Below are positions 53,674 through 63,134 of a DNA stretch of 64,000 bases, piece after piece. The position numbers and the translations under genes are program-made. The notes beneath the pieces were generated by a model. That model did not search any database and had not been told where the DNA came from. It saw only the letters and a program-made list of their open reading frames with translations. The stretch is from a virus. Each line of letters begins with the position of its first letter. Within the stretch, counting starts at the first letter, position 1. The DNA lies in the IMG/VR virus record IMGVR_UViG_3300040801_001133, positions 1 to 64,000 of that record; one strand, written 5' to 3'.

Positions 53674-54948
53674 TCAGTAGTAGTCTTCCTCGTACTCATC
53701 ATCATAATCTTCTTCCTCGTACTCATCATCATAATCTTCTTCCTCGTACTCATCATCATCATCATAATCTTCTTCCTCGTCACTATAATGATCCTCGACC
53801 TTAAAATAAATTTTATCTCTGATTTGATCAAGACGAGTCATAATCTGGGCACGATTTAGTTCAGGAATACTTGGAATTTCTAGCTGATAATTGCTGTCAT
53901 CCTTGTTGTTTACTTCTCCTTTATAAGAGATGATATTGATGAAGTCATCTTCAAAACCATCCTCTATTTCAGGGTCAATAATCTTGCCATCCTCACCAAA
54001 TTCTACCACTTGTACAGGATAGTAAGCACAAGTCCTCATTTTACCATAATTATCCTGTGGAGGTACAGCAACAACATCAGCAGGATTTACAAGTACTTGA
54101 AGACTAGTATTGCCAAAATAATTACGAGAAAGCCTATCTAGACCAGCTACGTGAAGACCACGAGAGCAAGTACGGTTCTGATTAGGGTCACACTTGCTTC
54201 TGTCTACAGTTACAGGCTGTCCCAGACGAATTGTAAAGGTCTTACTGTAAGAATCAGTATACACAGTAGAATTATCTCCTGCTAAGCTCTCATAAAGCTC
54301 CTGTAGTGTACTCCCTTTACCATTATACTTAACAACTTTAAGATTACCATCTACATCTTTTTCCACCGAGTAATTACGGGGGGATTTCTTGTTCTTAAAT
54401 TTAATTCGAGCATACTCAGAACTAATAAACTTGGCTTCCTCAGCATTTGTATCACTGCCTTCAGTTTTTACTAGTACGTTACGATAAGCTACAAACAATC
54501 CAGAAGAAGAGATAGTCATTCCATACTTATTCAAGAACCAGAATAAATTGGTTCTTACTCTGCTATCTGGATTGAGAGAAACTAGGGTCCAAAAGTTAAA
54601 ATAAGATTGCAATAATTCCTGATCATTTTCCGCTTCAGCAGCAGCAATAGAAAAAGCTAAATCTGAGGGAACCGTTAGTTCACAGATGCTTGGAATATAA
54701 ATACTATTACCTTTCCTTACAAGAACAGAAGAATTGTCTAAACTATCAGATTTATCTTTAAAAGCTTCTACTTGCTTTTCTTTTTTATATAGTTCAGGAG
54801 CAATAATTCTTTTAATTGCTTCTTCATCTCCTTGATTCTCAATAACTTGATTATACATTTGGTCAGTACAACTGGTAGTTGTAAGAACCTCTCCATCTTT
54901 AGTTGTGACTATCAGATGGCTCTTTAATCGAATGATCTTCATTTTCAA
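53674..54948 (-). CDS. rIIB-like protein with a hyperacidic repetitive C-terminal tail
   Basis: RTCSRGLHVAG...VNPADVVAVPPQDNYGKMRTCAYYPV resembles the rIIB C-terminal signature as I recall it (CSRGLHV ... HPRDVVSIP ... KMRTC). It sits directly downstream of the rIIA-like GHKL gene. The tail is DEEEDYDDDDEYEEEDYDDEYEEEDYDDEYEEDYY. Confidence 0.5.
   Translation of the reverse strand: MKMKIIRLKSHLIVTTKDGEVLTTTSCTDQMYNQVIENQGDEEAIKRIIAPELYKKEKQVEAFKDKSDSLDNSSVLVRKGNSIYIPSICELTVPSDLAFSIAAAEAENDQELLQSYFNFWTLVSLNPDSRVRTNLFWFLNKYGMTISSSGLFVAYRNVLVKTEGSDTNAEEAKFISSEYARIKFKNKKSPRNYSVEKDVDGNLKVVKYNGKGSTLQELYESLAGDNSTVYTDSYSKTFTIRLGQPVTVDRSKCDPNQNRTCSRGLHVAGLDRLSRNYFGNTSLQVLVNPADVVAVPPQDNYGKMRTCAYYPVQVVEFGEDGKIIDPEIEDGFEDDFINIISYKGEVNNKDDSNYQLEIPSIPELNRAQIMTRLDQIRDKIYFKVEDHYSDEEEDYDDDDEYEEEDYDDEYEEEDYDDEYEEDYY
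53685..53783 (-). repeat. 27-nt coding tandem repeat (about 3.5 copies)
   Basis: Plus-strand unit cttcttcctcgtactcatcatcataat has two exact copies, one copy with a 6-nt expansion, and partial copies at both ends. It encodes the EEDYDDEY repeats of the rIIB-like tail. Confidence 0.85.
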
Positions 54949-57313
54949 TAGGTTTGATATTAAATACAGTTTCTTTTCTTAATTTCTGTACTGCTTCTAA
55001 ATTTGGCTTAAATAGTTTTTTAGTTAATACATAATCAGTGACAAGATTAAGGGTTTCTTCTTTGATAATATTTCTACTATACTCTCTAGTAGAAAAATGT
55101 ATTAATAAAGAAGCATTTTTAAGTTCCTCTTTATTAGAGTCGAATAAAGACTTAATTTTTAAATTAAAATATCCATTTTCTTTAGATAAATCATATATAT
55201 CCTGATACAGTTCTCTATTTTTCTCAGTTAAATAACCTTTTATATATTTATTACGAAAAATATTTAAAGTATTTATGGTATAACTGAGATTTTTAGAAAT
55301 CTTTTCTAGGTTGTCTAGATCATATAAACTTTGCAAGTATGGGACTTCTATTTCCAACATATAAGCAGTAGCTATGTTTCTTATATAGGCATATTTAGTA
55401 CTCATAAAATCTTCAATATTTACTAGATTAGGAATATTCTTTAGTAATTTAACTTTAGACTTGGCTATTTCAATAACATTTGGTCTTAACTTAGACTCAG
55501 ATTTCTGTGTAATAGAGAACAAAGACTTTAGTTTTTCATTTTTAGGTTCCCCATAAACTACTAAAGACTTATATCTCTTATGTAATTCATTTAATTTTAC
55601 ATAATGTTTATTCTTACCTGGAGCATCATTAGGGTCTTGAGTCCTTTCATTTATTCTTAGCTTATAAACTAAAACAGTTTGATCCCAAAAATCCTTGCTT
55701 TTCTTATTCTTAAGTCTTTTATCTTTTTGGGCTTGCTTGTAGTCATCAATATAAGATTGAGGTACAGATTTATTAGTTATTATTTCACACTTAGATACTT
55801 TTTCAAGAAAATAATTAAATACTACTCTAACTGTTTTTAAATCTAAATCTTTGTATTTAGTTTTTTTAACAGAGTTATAATAATAACTATCATAGTTTGA
55901 ATTAAGAAGTCTTTTATAAATAGACTTTATAGGATAAGGAGAAAAGAAAATTGTACCTGAAGACATTGTATCTCTAATCCAAGATTTAGTAATATTGGAT
56001 AAAGAAGACATTTTACATATCTTATAATGACCAGGGGAGTTTCTAATATTTACAACAGATAATATACTATCTGTACTTCTAATACTATTAGATTTAAGCT
56101 CATATGTGACTCCGTGAAATCTAGGTAAAGTATTTCTATAAGAAGTAAAGATACCATATACTCTTTTTAACAAAGTAATATCATAGACTTTTCCTTTAAG
56201 GCTTATATTAGAATTAGATTCATCATATATTAATATAACATTGTCTTTATATTCCCCCTCCAATAATATTAGAGTCTTTCTATTCTCAACTGCTTTTAGA
56301 TAATCCCTTAGATCATCATAATCCTTATTTTCTTGGATTTTAATTAGATTATCTATTTCTTCTTGTACCTTATCTAACTTATCTTCAATTGTTTTGATTG
56401 AAGCAGCAGTATATAATAGTTCCTCTCTATTAGGAACTACTCCTATATCACCAATATCAAAATGTACAGCTAAAGATGAAGTATTAAAATAAGAAGGATA
56501 AGCTTTAGTTAGATTATCAAGCCTCAATAAGTAGGGTACTTTACCTAATAAAATTCTAGTGCCTACTGTATAGGAATTAGAAGTGCTACTGTGGGTACTA
56601 GGTAATATATTACTACTTCTCTTTACTAAGTTACTTACACTAAAAGTATTAAACCTCTTAATCTTAGCATTATTAAACACTTGTGCATATTTATTATTCT
56701 CTATGTCACACACTAAATAGATATTATCAAAATAAGTAAGTTGACTTTTAATGGCACTCCAGTAATCTCTTAATTTTGTATCCTCAAAAGGTATTTTTAC
56801 CTCTACACCATTTCTTTCCTCAGTAGGTATTTTACTTATTAAATCAATAGAAATACTATTACCATCCTTATACATTATGTATACATATTTATTACCCTCA
56901 TATACTGAAGTTATATGTACTGTATCAGAACAAGATAATGCAGAGAATCTTCCTAATCCAAAACCACCTATTTGTCCATTAGTCCCTCTCTTAGTAGAAG
57001 AACCAATATTTCTGTATATATTATTAAATCTCTCTTCACTTAGTCCTACACCAAAATCCTGTATCCTACAGAAATGCTGTCCATCACTAGATTTACCTAG
57101 CTCAACAATAACAGGATCATTAACACCAGCCTCCACATGGGAATCCCAGGCATTACTGACTGTCTCTCTTAAGAAAGATTCTATTGGTTTAGAGTATAGA
57201 TTAGTAGATAAAATAGTAACAATAAAGTCTATATTAGAATTATCAATGGATACTCCATTTGATTTTATGTCACCCTGAATTAAAACTTCTGATTCTCGTT
57301 TTCCAAATACCAT
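54899..57313 (-). CDS. rIIA-like protein with an N-terminal GHKL (Hsp90/MutL/GyrB-type) ATPase domain
   Basis: N box LYSKPIESFLRETVSNAWDSH (compare Hsp90 LYSNKEIFLRELISNASDA). G1 is QDFGVGLS and G2 is GGFGLGRFSA. The 804-aa size and the downstream rIIB-like partner fit the rIIA/rIIB gene pair. Confidence 0.6.
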   Translation of the reverse strand: MVFGKRESEVLIQGDIKSNGVSIDNSNIDFIVTILSTNLYSKPIESFLRETVSNAWDSHVEAGVNDPVIVELGKSSDGQHFCRIQDFGVGLSEERFNNIYRNIGSSTKRGTNGQIGGFGLGRFSALSCSDTVHITSVYEGNKYVYIMYKDGNSISIDLISKIPTEERNGVEVKIPFEDTKLRDYWSAIKSQLTYFDNIYLVCDIENNKYAQVFNNAKIKRFNTFSVSNLVKRSSNILPSTHSSTSNSYTVGTRILLGKVPYLLRLDNLTKAYPSYFNTSSLAVHFDIGDIGVVPNREELLYTAASIKTIEDKLDKVQEEIDNLIKIQENKDYDDLRDYLKAVENRKTLILLEGEYKDNVILIYDESNSNISLKGKVYDITLLKRVYGIFTSYRNTLPRFHGVTYELKSNSIRSTDSILSVVNIRNSPGHYKICKMSSLSNITKSWIRDTMSSGTIFFSPYPIKSIYKRLLNSNYDSYYYNSVKKTKYKDLDLKTVRVVFNYFLEKVSKCEIITNKSVPQSYIDDYKQAQKDKRLKNKKSKDFWDQTVLVYKLRINERTQDPNDAPGKNKHYVKLNELHKRYKSLVVYGEPKNEKLKSLFSITQKSESKLRPNVIEIAKSKVKLLKNIPNLVNIEDFMSTKYAYIRNIATAYMLEIEVPYLQSLYDLDNLEKISKNLSYTINTLNIFRNKYIKGYLTEKNRELYQDIYDLSKENGYFNLKIKSLFDSNKEELKNASLLIHFSTREYSRNIIKEETLNLVTDYVLTKKLFKPNLEAVQKLRKETVFNIKPIENEDHSIKEPSDSHN

Positions 57314-58014
57314 TACCAGTTTATTTTAGTTTGTCCTCTTTTTTCTAAAAGACGGTTAGTTAAGTAAAAGTGATCACATCCTATAAACTCGTGTTCACTA
57401 TGTTTATAATATTCCACCATTGGATGTGGTGCTGTCATTATATAATTAGTGTCAGGAGATATAGGTATATTCTCTATATTTATTCTACCATAAAATGTGG
57501 CATCCTCTCTGTTATGAATATATCTTGCTACAGACGTAGCTCTTGCCCCCCATAACATCCAAATACATGGATTTTTTTTGGATATGAGTTGAATTACCTT
57601 TTTAGTAAAATCTCTCCAGTAAAATTTATGAGAATCTGCGTTACCTGTTTCTACTGTAAGAGAAGTATTAAGTAAAAATACACCTTGATCAGGCCAAGTT
57701 CTTATATTCTTCTCATTAATATCAAGAGAGGAACTTAATTCCTTATATATTATTTGTAAACTTTTAGGAATATAGTCAGTACCATTAATAAAGGCATAAC
57801 CACAAGCATTATTACCAGTTGGGTAAGGGTCCTGACTTAGTATAACTACTTTAATCTTCTCTAAAGGCATAGAAAAAGCCCGAAAAATATTGTGTCTTTC
57901 GGGCTTGTAGCTAGTATTAGGAAGAATTTTTTCTGATAGTTCCTTTAATTTTTCTTCATATAAAATAGGACGTAATTCGTCCCAACTTCTATGTATTTTA
58001 TCTTTAGGATTCAT
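57313..58014 (-). CDS. uracil-DNA glycosylase superfamily protein
   Basis: KVVILSQDPYPTGNNACGYAF (UNG motif GQDPYH...A.G..F) and C-terminal TAPHPMV (compare HPSPLS). Confidence 0.65.
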   Translation of the reverse strand: MNPKDKIHRSWDELRPILYEEKLKELSEKILPNTSYKPERHNIFRAFSMPLEKIKVVILSQDPYPTGNNACGYAFINGTDYIPKSLQIIYKELSSSLDINEKNIRTWPDQGVFLLNTSLTVETGNADSHKFYWRDFTKKVIQLISKKNPCIWMLWGARATSVARYIHNREDATFYGRINIENIPISPDTNYIMTAPHPMVEYYKHSEHEFIGCDHFYLTNRLLEKRGQTKINW

Positions 58015-59041
58015 ATATAAGTTTACTTTGATAAAGAAATTTTCTTAGTTCTAGTCTCCCTTTTTCTTTAAAAAGATCAGAGGGGTCAGTAATATTTTGT
58101 CCTATATTAGGAATATAGAGAGGAGAAGAATTATTAGTATATTTATTAATAATACTGGATATTTTCCTAGATGCTTCCACTCCTGCTCTGTCATTATCGT
58201 AAAATACAATTACCTTTTTAAATCTCTGAGTCAGAGAAGTAAGAGTATTTATTGAAGGCACACAACCTTCATTTTGAAACCATACAGAATTTAATCCTTG
58301 GTTTCTCAGGACTCTACAATCCTTATAAGATTTACTTATTATTAATTGACGACCAAAAGGAACTAGCTTATTTAGTTCTCCTATGTCATTGCTCTTACAG
58401 TTAGTAATGAATCTATATCTCCCATTTCTATTATGAGGACAATAGATTTTCTTTCTATTATGTCTAAAGCTGCAAAAAGAGTATGCGAGTTCATAGAACT
58501 TAATTCTTCTAATACCTCCATTCTTTGTAATATTAACAGAAGAAGTGGCAAATACCTGGTCTTCAATGAGATGTTGTCTATATATACCATAAGATAACCA
58601 ATAATTCTTATCATTTATGGTAAAATCCCTAGTTCTTATATCCAGATTGGTACCGGTATTCTTTTTAATTCTGCTAGGATTAATTTTATTGGGTGTAGTT
58701 ATTATTTTTTTATCATCTACTATGTGATCTTTTATAAATCTTAATACATTCTGAAATCCATCAATGCCAAATTTATCTTCTATAGCATTAAAGCAGTCGT
58801 AATGGGTTCTTAATGGGTCTCCAAAATCTATAAATTGGAGTTTGCCATCAGGACTATAATTAAAATAGGCCCCAGGGGTTTTATCAGGTCTAAAAGGTGA
58901 GGTGATATACTCAAACGCAATTGGCTCAAAACCAAATACAAATTTGAATATATCCTCCTCACTTACTAAACTTAAAATGTATTCTTTAGATAAATACTCC
59001 CCGGAAATAAATTGATTTTCATCTACATCTTTAAAATCCAT
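58004..59041 (-). CDS. DNA primase (Toprim domain)
   Basis: KKVIVFYDNDRAGVEASRK is a Toprim DxD acidic motif preceded by a conserved-Glu-type region (WFQNEG). It lies in the replication module. Confidence 0.55.
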   Translation of the reverse strand: MDFKDVDENQFISGEYLSKEYILSLVSEEDIFKFVFGFEPIAFEYITSPFRPDKTPGAYFNYSPDGKLQFIDFGDPLRTHYDCFNAIEDKFGIDGFQNVLRFIKDHIVDDKKIITTPNKINPSRIKKNTGTNLDIRTRDFTINDKNYWLSYGIYRQHLIEDQVFATSSVNITKNGGIRRIKFYELAYSFCSFRHNRKKIYCPHNRNGRYRFITNCKSNDIGELNKLVPFGRQLIISKSYKDCRVLRNQGLNSVWFQNEGCVPSINTLTSLTQRFKKVIVFYDNDRAGVEASRKISSIINKYTNNSSPLYIPNIGQNITDPSDLFKEKGRLELRKFLYQSKLIYES

Positions 59042-59061
59042 AAGAGTATTTAATTAAAGAA

Positions 59062-59820
59062 TTACCAAATAGCCTTAGGTTTGCTGGCTCCTCCCATATT
59101 ACTGGTTGCGGCAGTAGTTTGGTCAGATTCATCACCCCCTTGCTGGTTAGCTTTGGGGCTATCCATATAGTTCTCCTTTCTGGTGAAAGGATGCTCATTA
59201 CCGGCACCATCTACATAACGAAGACCATTAGAATCGTTTACAGCCTCCCAAGAACCTTCTTGTGGAGAAACTGAAGGGCATAGAAAATAGCCTCCTTTCA
59301 TGTTTTTGGGTAACGTAAGGTAGGTTTGATCATTACCTTCCTTAATAGACCACTGGTATTCGAGAAATACGTCTACAGGCTTACTATCATAATCCGATGG
59401 AACTAGAGACACCATAATTTTGCCCCATTCGACAAAATCCTTGGCAGGGTTGGTAAACGCTTCCGTGATCTGTTCCTGAGTAACACCTGTAGCCTTAACA
59501 GCATGAGTGATTACTCCTTGCACCTGTCCAATGGCCTTGGCATATTCAGCCTTATCTGCTTCATTGGTTAGGTCGAGTTCACGGGGAGCACCCTGGTCTC
59601 TATCATAAATACTGGTTACATCAAATAGACGATTACGATACTCACGATCTGATACAGATACGGTAATATCAAAGGCATCTAGTTCAGCACCATCTTTACC
59701 TCCGTTAGGATTATACTCTATCTTAGTAATGCGAGCACCTGTATTAAGCCCAAACTTACCAGAACCCCGGCTTTGTAAGCTCTGGTCCTGATCGTTTACT
59801 GCTCCAAATAAATTAGACAT
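59062..59820 (-). CDS. hypothetical protein, possibly a ssDNA-binding protein (context only)
   Basis: 252-aa ORF between the primase and the recombination ATPase, with a Gly/Gln-rich flexible C-terminus. No diagnostic motif. Confidence 0.25.
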   Translation of the reverse strand: MSNLFGAVNDQDQSLQSRGSGKFGLNTGARITKIEYNPNGGKDGAELDAFDITVSVSDREYRNRLFDVTSIYDRDQGAPRELDLTNEADKAEYAKAIGQVQGVITHAVKATGVTQEQITEAFTNPAKDFVEWGKIMVSLVPSDYDSKPVDVFLEYQWSIKEGNDQTYLTLPKNMKGGYFLCPSVSPQEGSWEAVNDSNGLRYVDGAGNEHPFTRKENYMDSPKANQQGGDESDQTTAATSNMGGASKPKAIW

Positions 59821-59863
59821 AAAAGTATACTTTAAAAATTAAAAACAGACTAGTCAAATTCGC

Positions 59864-60184
59864 TTATACTGGGTTAGAGAAAACACTTTCAATTTCATTG
59901 TTTTCTTCTTCCGTTTCCTCCTCAGTATCATTAGTTGAAAAGGCATCAACCTGCTCTTCAGTAAGTAGCTCTACTGTTTCTTCGGTACTGTCTACATCAT
60001 CCTCAAAAACAAAAGATACTGTTTCCTTCTTTACTGCTCTCTTATACTTTAAGGTAGGATGAGAAAATAACTCTTTCATCTCACGTCCTGTCAATCCTAG
60101 TTCTTTCTTGATTTCGGGACGTGTCATTCCACGATCTTGGATCATGCTTAAAACATCACTAGCTTTAATAATTCGCTTTTCCAT
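59864..60184 (-). CDS. small HTH-like protein with an acidic C-terminal tail
   Basis: RGMTRPEIKKELGLTGREMKELF looks like a helix-turn-helix. The C-terminus is TNDTEEETEEENNEIESVF. Confidence 0.4.
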   Translation of the reverse strand: MEKRIIKASDVLSMIQDRGMTRPEIKKELGLTGREMKELFSHPTLKYKRAVKKETVSFVFEDDVDSTEETVELLTEEQVDAFSTNDTEEETEEENNEIESVFSNPV

Positions 60185-60210
60185 AATAGTATAAATAATT
60201 AGGTTAAATT

Positions 60211-60639
60211 CTAAGAGTAATATTCGTCTGCCTTCTGAATTACATATCCTAAATCATTGGGGATCAGTAATTCATCAAACATACCAATAGGAGACTTAGC
60301 AGGAATTTCATTACCTGCATTATCTGAGTACTTGTTTGTTACAAAATTATATGTGGCTTTCTTATCTTTGGAACTATACTGCACATGAGTATACAGAACC
60401 ACAGTAAATAACCCTTCTAAGGTTACTTTACTATCTAACATAGAACCAATGGTCTTCATCTTATAGGCCCCAGACTTTTCATCTAAATCACTATGAGTAA
60501 GACAAATAAAGTTGATGTCTTTTCTCATGTTTTTGCCAAATGATATTACGTCATATGCTTCTTTTGCCAAATGATTGAACTTATCATACCCCTTCTTCAG
60601 AGCATTTGACATGAAATGTTCTGCAAGTATATATTGATA
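60211..60639 (-). CDS. P-loop ATPase (Sak4/AAA_24-like), exon 2
   Basis: The frame is open from the splice acceptor. The track 'M' at 60642-60640 is TTG, interpreted here as the last 3 nt of the intron (omega-G at 60640). Exon 2 starts TAT CAA TAT (YQYILAEHF...). Confidence 0.6.
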   Translation of the reverse strand, partial: YQYILAEHFMSNALKKGYDKFNHLAKEAYDVISFGKNMRKDINFICLTHSDLDEKSGAYKMKTIGSMLDSKVTLEGLFTVVLYTHVQYSSKDKKATYNFVTNKYSDNAGNEIPAKSPIGMFDELLIPNDLGYVIQKADEYYS

Positions 60640-61504
60640 CAAATTGTTATCGTAAAGGCTCTTTATCCTTTACTTCTATGTTTTAAATTTCCATACATAA
60701 CCATAAGCAGATTTTTTGTTTCCTTTACAGCAAGTAGATATGTTCTTTTTCATATCTATGTTACCTAAAAATCTGGCAGCATCACTAGCAGAATCCCAGT
60801 CCCGAATAAAGACTTTATTTCTGTCAAACTGGGAGATAGGTTTTTTATTAGCATTTGCTGAATTAATGACCCACTCCTTATGTCTAGGTTTGCTGTTGGC
60901 AATACTAATACGTTTTTTGGCTTCTTCTGTATGCTTATAGCCTGAAGAGCCTTTACAAGAAGTAGGACCCTGCCCACCTTCCGACAGATTAGTCAAACGG
61001 AATCCCCAAATTCTAAATTGAGCAATCCAGAATTTTTCGGTTTCTTGCCAAAACTCATCTTCTACTCCTTCTAATAATTCTATTTTAGGTCTTAGACCTT
61101 TATTAAGTATTGTTAGAAGCCAGTTACTTTTATAGTTAGTCTGTTTTTGTTGCTTATGTATGGAACAATGTTGATACCATCTATCTTTTAATGTTCTTTT
61201 TGTTTTACCTATATATCTAATTTCATTAGATGTAGGGTCTGCAAGTGTGTATATTTTTACCATGCACAAAGATAACAAAATAAGATGATTATCAAAATCT
61301 AAATCGTAATATTTACATAGTTCAGACTATATCATCAGTATTTCTACTGTTCCGCGCTCGTGGGTTTTACTGTCTTTAACTTAATAATAAGACTCCATAA
61401 CCTAGTCGTTGAACCTTCAATGTATTTCTACAAAGCTTGGCTGCTGATTGTCCCTACGGAGGAGTTTCCAGCAATTCACGGAATTTAACGACGACTATCT
61501 TTTA
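60640..61504 (-). mobile_element. group I intron (865 nt) carrying a GIY-YIG homing endonuclease ORF in its 3' peripheral region
   Basis: P1: exon GACGAU (61510-61505) pairs with intron GUCGUC (61495-61490), with a terminal U-G wobble. P10: intron GAUA (61499-61496) pairs with exon 2 UAUC. R element is GTTCAACGACTAG (61402-61415) and S element is GATGATATAGTCTGA (61322-61337), giving P7 GACUA/UAGUC. A terminal hairpin GTAAAGG/CCTTTAC is followed by ...AATTTG with a 3'-terminal G. Splicing restores the frame. Confidence 0.75.
60676..61263 (-). CDS. GIY-YIG homing endonuclease (intron-encoded)
   Basis: MVKIYTLADPTSNEIRYIGKTKRTLKDRWYQH contains GIY, YIG and the conserved Arg. Also NLSEGG. The C-terminal part has NUMOD-like segments (GYKHTEEAKKRIS; KKSAYGYVWKF). 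ATG is at 61263; the track start is TTG. Confidence 0.8.
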   Translation of the reverse strand: MVKIYTLADPTSNEIRYIGKTKRTLKDRWYQHCSIHKQQKQTNYKSNWLLTILNKGLRPKIELLEGVEDEFWQETEKFWIAQFRIWGFRLTNLSEGGQGPTSCKGSSGYKHTEEAKKRISIANSKPRHKEWVINSANANKKPISQFDRNKVFIRDWDSASDAARFLGNIDMKKNISTCCKGNKKSAYGYVWKFKT

Positions 61505-61786
61505 ATCGTCAATTACCACATTCTTAATATCAGGTCTATTATCATTAATATGTTGCAGTATACTAACAATAGTTGGACCATCTGAAACTGAAGCATAGTT
61601 ACCTCCTTCAGAGAGTAAAGTGCCATAATTGGTACGAGAGCCCTTAAAGGGTAGTGGTTTATCCATTACATTAAGAATGGCCGTCTCTTTAGGATCAAGA
61701 CCAATAATATCTAATTCTTTAACTTGGCCTAAAGAAGTGGATTTACCACTTCCAGTAGAGCCAATAACACAATAGGTAGTTGCCAT
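61505..61786 (-). CDS. P-loop ATPase (Sak4/AAA_24-like), exon 1
   Basis: Walker A VIGSTGSGKST and Walker B NVVIDD. The ORF stops at a TAA that lies immediately inside the intron, as is typical of phage group I introns. Confidence 0.65.
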
Positions 61787-61788
61787 AT

Positions 61789-62346
61789 TTATTTCTTTTT
61801 GCTATATTTAACTCCTTCTACAATAATATATTCAATAGTACGAGGGTCAACCTGTTTAGGTCTTCCTCCATCTTCCATATCATAGAACTCTAGTCGTCCC
61901 AGATCATTCATTTTTCCTTCATGACGACCTTTCATAATGCGAAAATCACCAGGAATATATTCTGTGATAGGGTTCTTAATTAAATCTTCAATGAGCAGAC
62001 TCACTTCTAATAGACTTGCATCAGCAAACTCCAAAGATTTATCAGCAATTTCCTTATTTAATGCTGCTTTAGTTTTCTTCTTATCTTTTTTATAGAATCC
62101 TACAGTCATTGCTACTCTAGGAGAATTTATTAATTTCTTAGCTAAAGTGGTTACATTAACATTAGTAATTTCACTATCAAAATAATCTGCTGAAGACAGA
62201 ATATCTTCCACATACTGTTTACCAATAGTGATCTTATTACCTAAAGAATCAACTAGATTTGCTTCATTGTTACTAATACTCTCTACTGTATAGAAAGATA
62301 ATTCTGAAAGAATAGAACCCTTCTTTAGTGAATTAAATTTACTCAT
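61789..62346 (-). CDS. hypothetical protein
   Basis: 185-aa ORF with a 1-nt start/stop junction with the vWA gene. Confidence 0.5.
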   Translation of the reverse strand: MSKFNSLKKGSILSELSFYTVESISNNEANLVDSLGNKITIGKQYVEDILSSADYFDSEITNVNVTTLAKKLINSPRVAMTVGFYKKDKKKTKAALNKEIADKSLEFADASLLEVSLLIEDLIKNPITEYIPGDFRIMKGRHEGKMNDLGRLEFYDMEDGGRPKQVDPRTIEYIIVEGVKYSKKK

Positions 62347-63134
62347 TATTTAGTTATATTTTTGTAAAATCCTCTTGATACATCTTTTCCTAAAGAAACT
62401 TTAGTGCTGTAGTCAGCCCTAGATTTAAAGGTAACATTTAATACTTCTGCTAAACCCTTACCTGTATTATCATAAGACTTCATATTGCTTAGGTCAACAC
62501 CCAGTTTTTCGCTTATTGATAGGCAGTCAATTTCTGTACCTATAAAAGTTACAGTAAACTGACCTTTTCTTCTTTCTATTTCTTTTTTAATGTAGGAACG
62601 TCTGTACTTTTTTGAATAATTTTCATTCCTATCAGTGTAAATATTAATAAGAACTTTTTCATTTAATTTGACAAAGGAGTCTAACTTTTTAAAAGTGATT
62701 CCTATTGCATCATAAAGAGCTGTCATATCCAGAGGATAGAAATTAATTCTTTCTTCAATCTCTTCGGGGTCTTTATTAAGTACATTAAACTTAGCTTTAG
62801 AGCTAAAGGAACAACATGTGTATTTATAAAATACATCTTTACCCTGTTCTTCAATTAATTTATCAATTCCTTCATTAATACCAATGACAGCATTCTGTAT
62901 TTTACTACCACTCATAGAACCACTACAGTCAACAATATCAACTATATGTACTACTGGTAGTTTTTTAGGTTTTCTTTTCTGTTTAGGTGCTTTATATTCT
63001 TGACCTAGTTCTAGATGCTGTTTCATAGACTCGTAAGAATTAAACCCGTAGTCCTTAGCTACTTTTTCTCTCCTTACTTTATTAGCCTTTTTGATAGACT
63101 TGAGTAATTGTTCTGGATTATCTATCTGTTTCAT
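62346..63134 (-). CDS. von Willebrand factor A (vWA) domain protein
   Basis: VVHIVDIVDCSGSMSG is a MIDAS DxSGS motif at the end of a hydrophobic strand, with a later IYTDRNEN (Thr/Asp MIDAS-type positions). Confidence 0.65.
   Translation of the reverse strand: MKQIDNPEQLLKSIKKANKVRREKVAKDYGFNSYESMKQHLELGQEYKAPKQKRKPKKLPVVHIVDIVDCSGSMSGSKIQNAVIGINEGIDKLIEEQGKDVFYKYTCCSFSSKAKFNVLNKDPEEIEERINFYPLDMTALYDAIGITFKKLDSFVKLNEKVLINIYTDRNENYSKKYRRSYIKKEIERRKGQFTVTFIGTEIDCLSISEKLGVDLSNMKSYDNTGKGLAEVLNVTFKSRADYSTKVSLGKDVSRGFYKNITK

Noticed and set aside
53685-53783. A CRISPR-like array
   Set aside because: The only short tandem repeat in the window is contiguous, has no spacers, has a 27-nt period, and lies in frame inside a CDS. 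No repeat-spacer architecture was seen elsewhere.
53577-53859. ORFs 53577-53831 (-) and 53617-53859 (+) with repetitive MMMSTRKKI / LVLIIIIFF translations
   Set aside because: They are alternative-frame readings of the 27-nt tandem repeat that encodes the acidic tail of the rIIB-like protein. The repeat periodicity, not coding potential, creates them.
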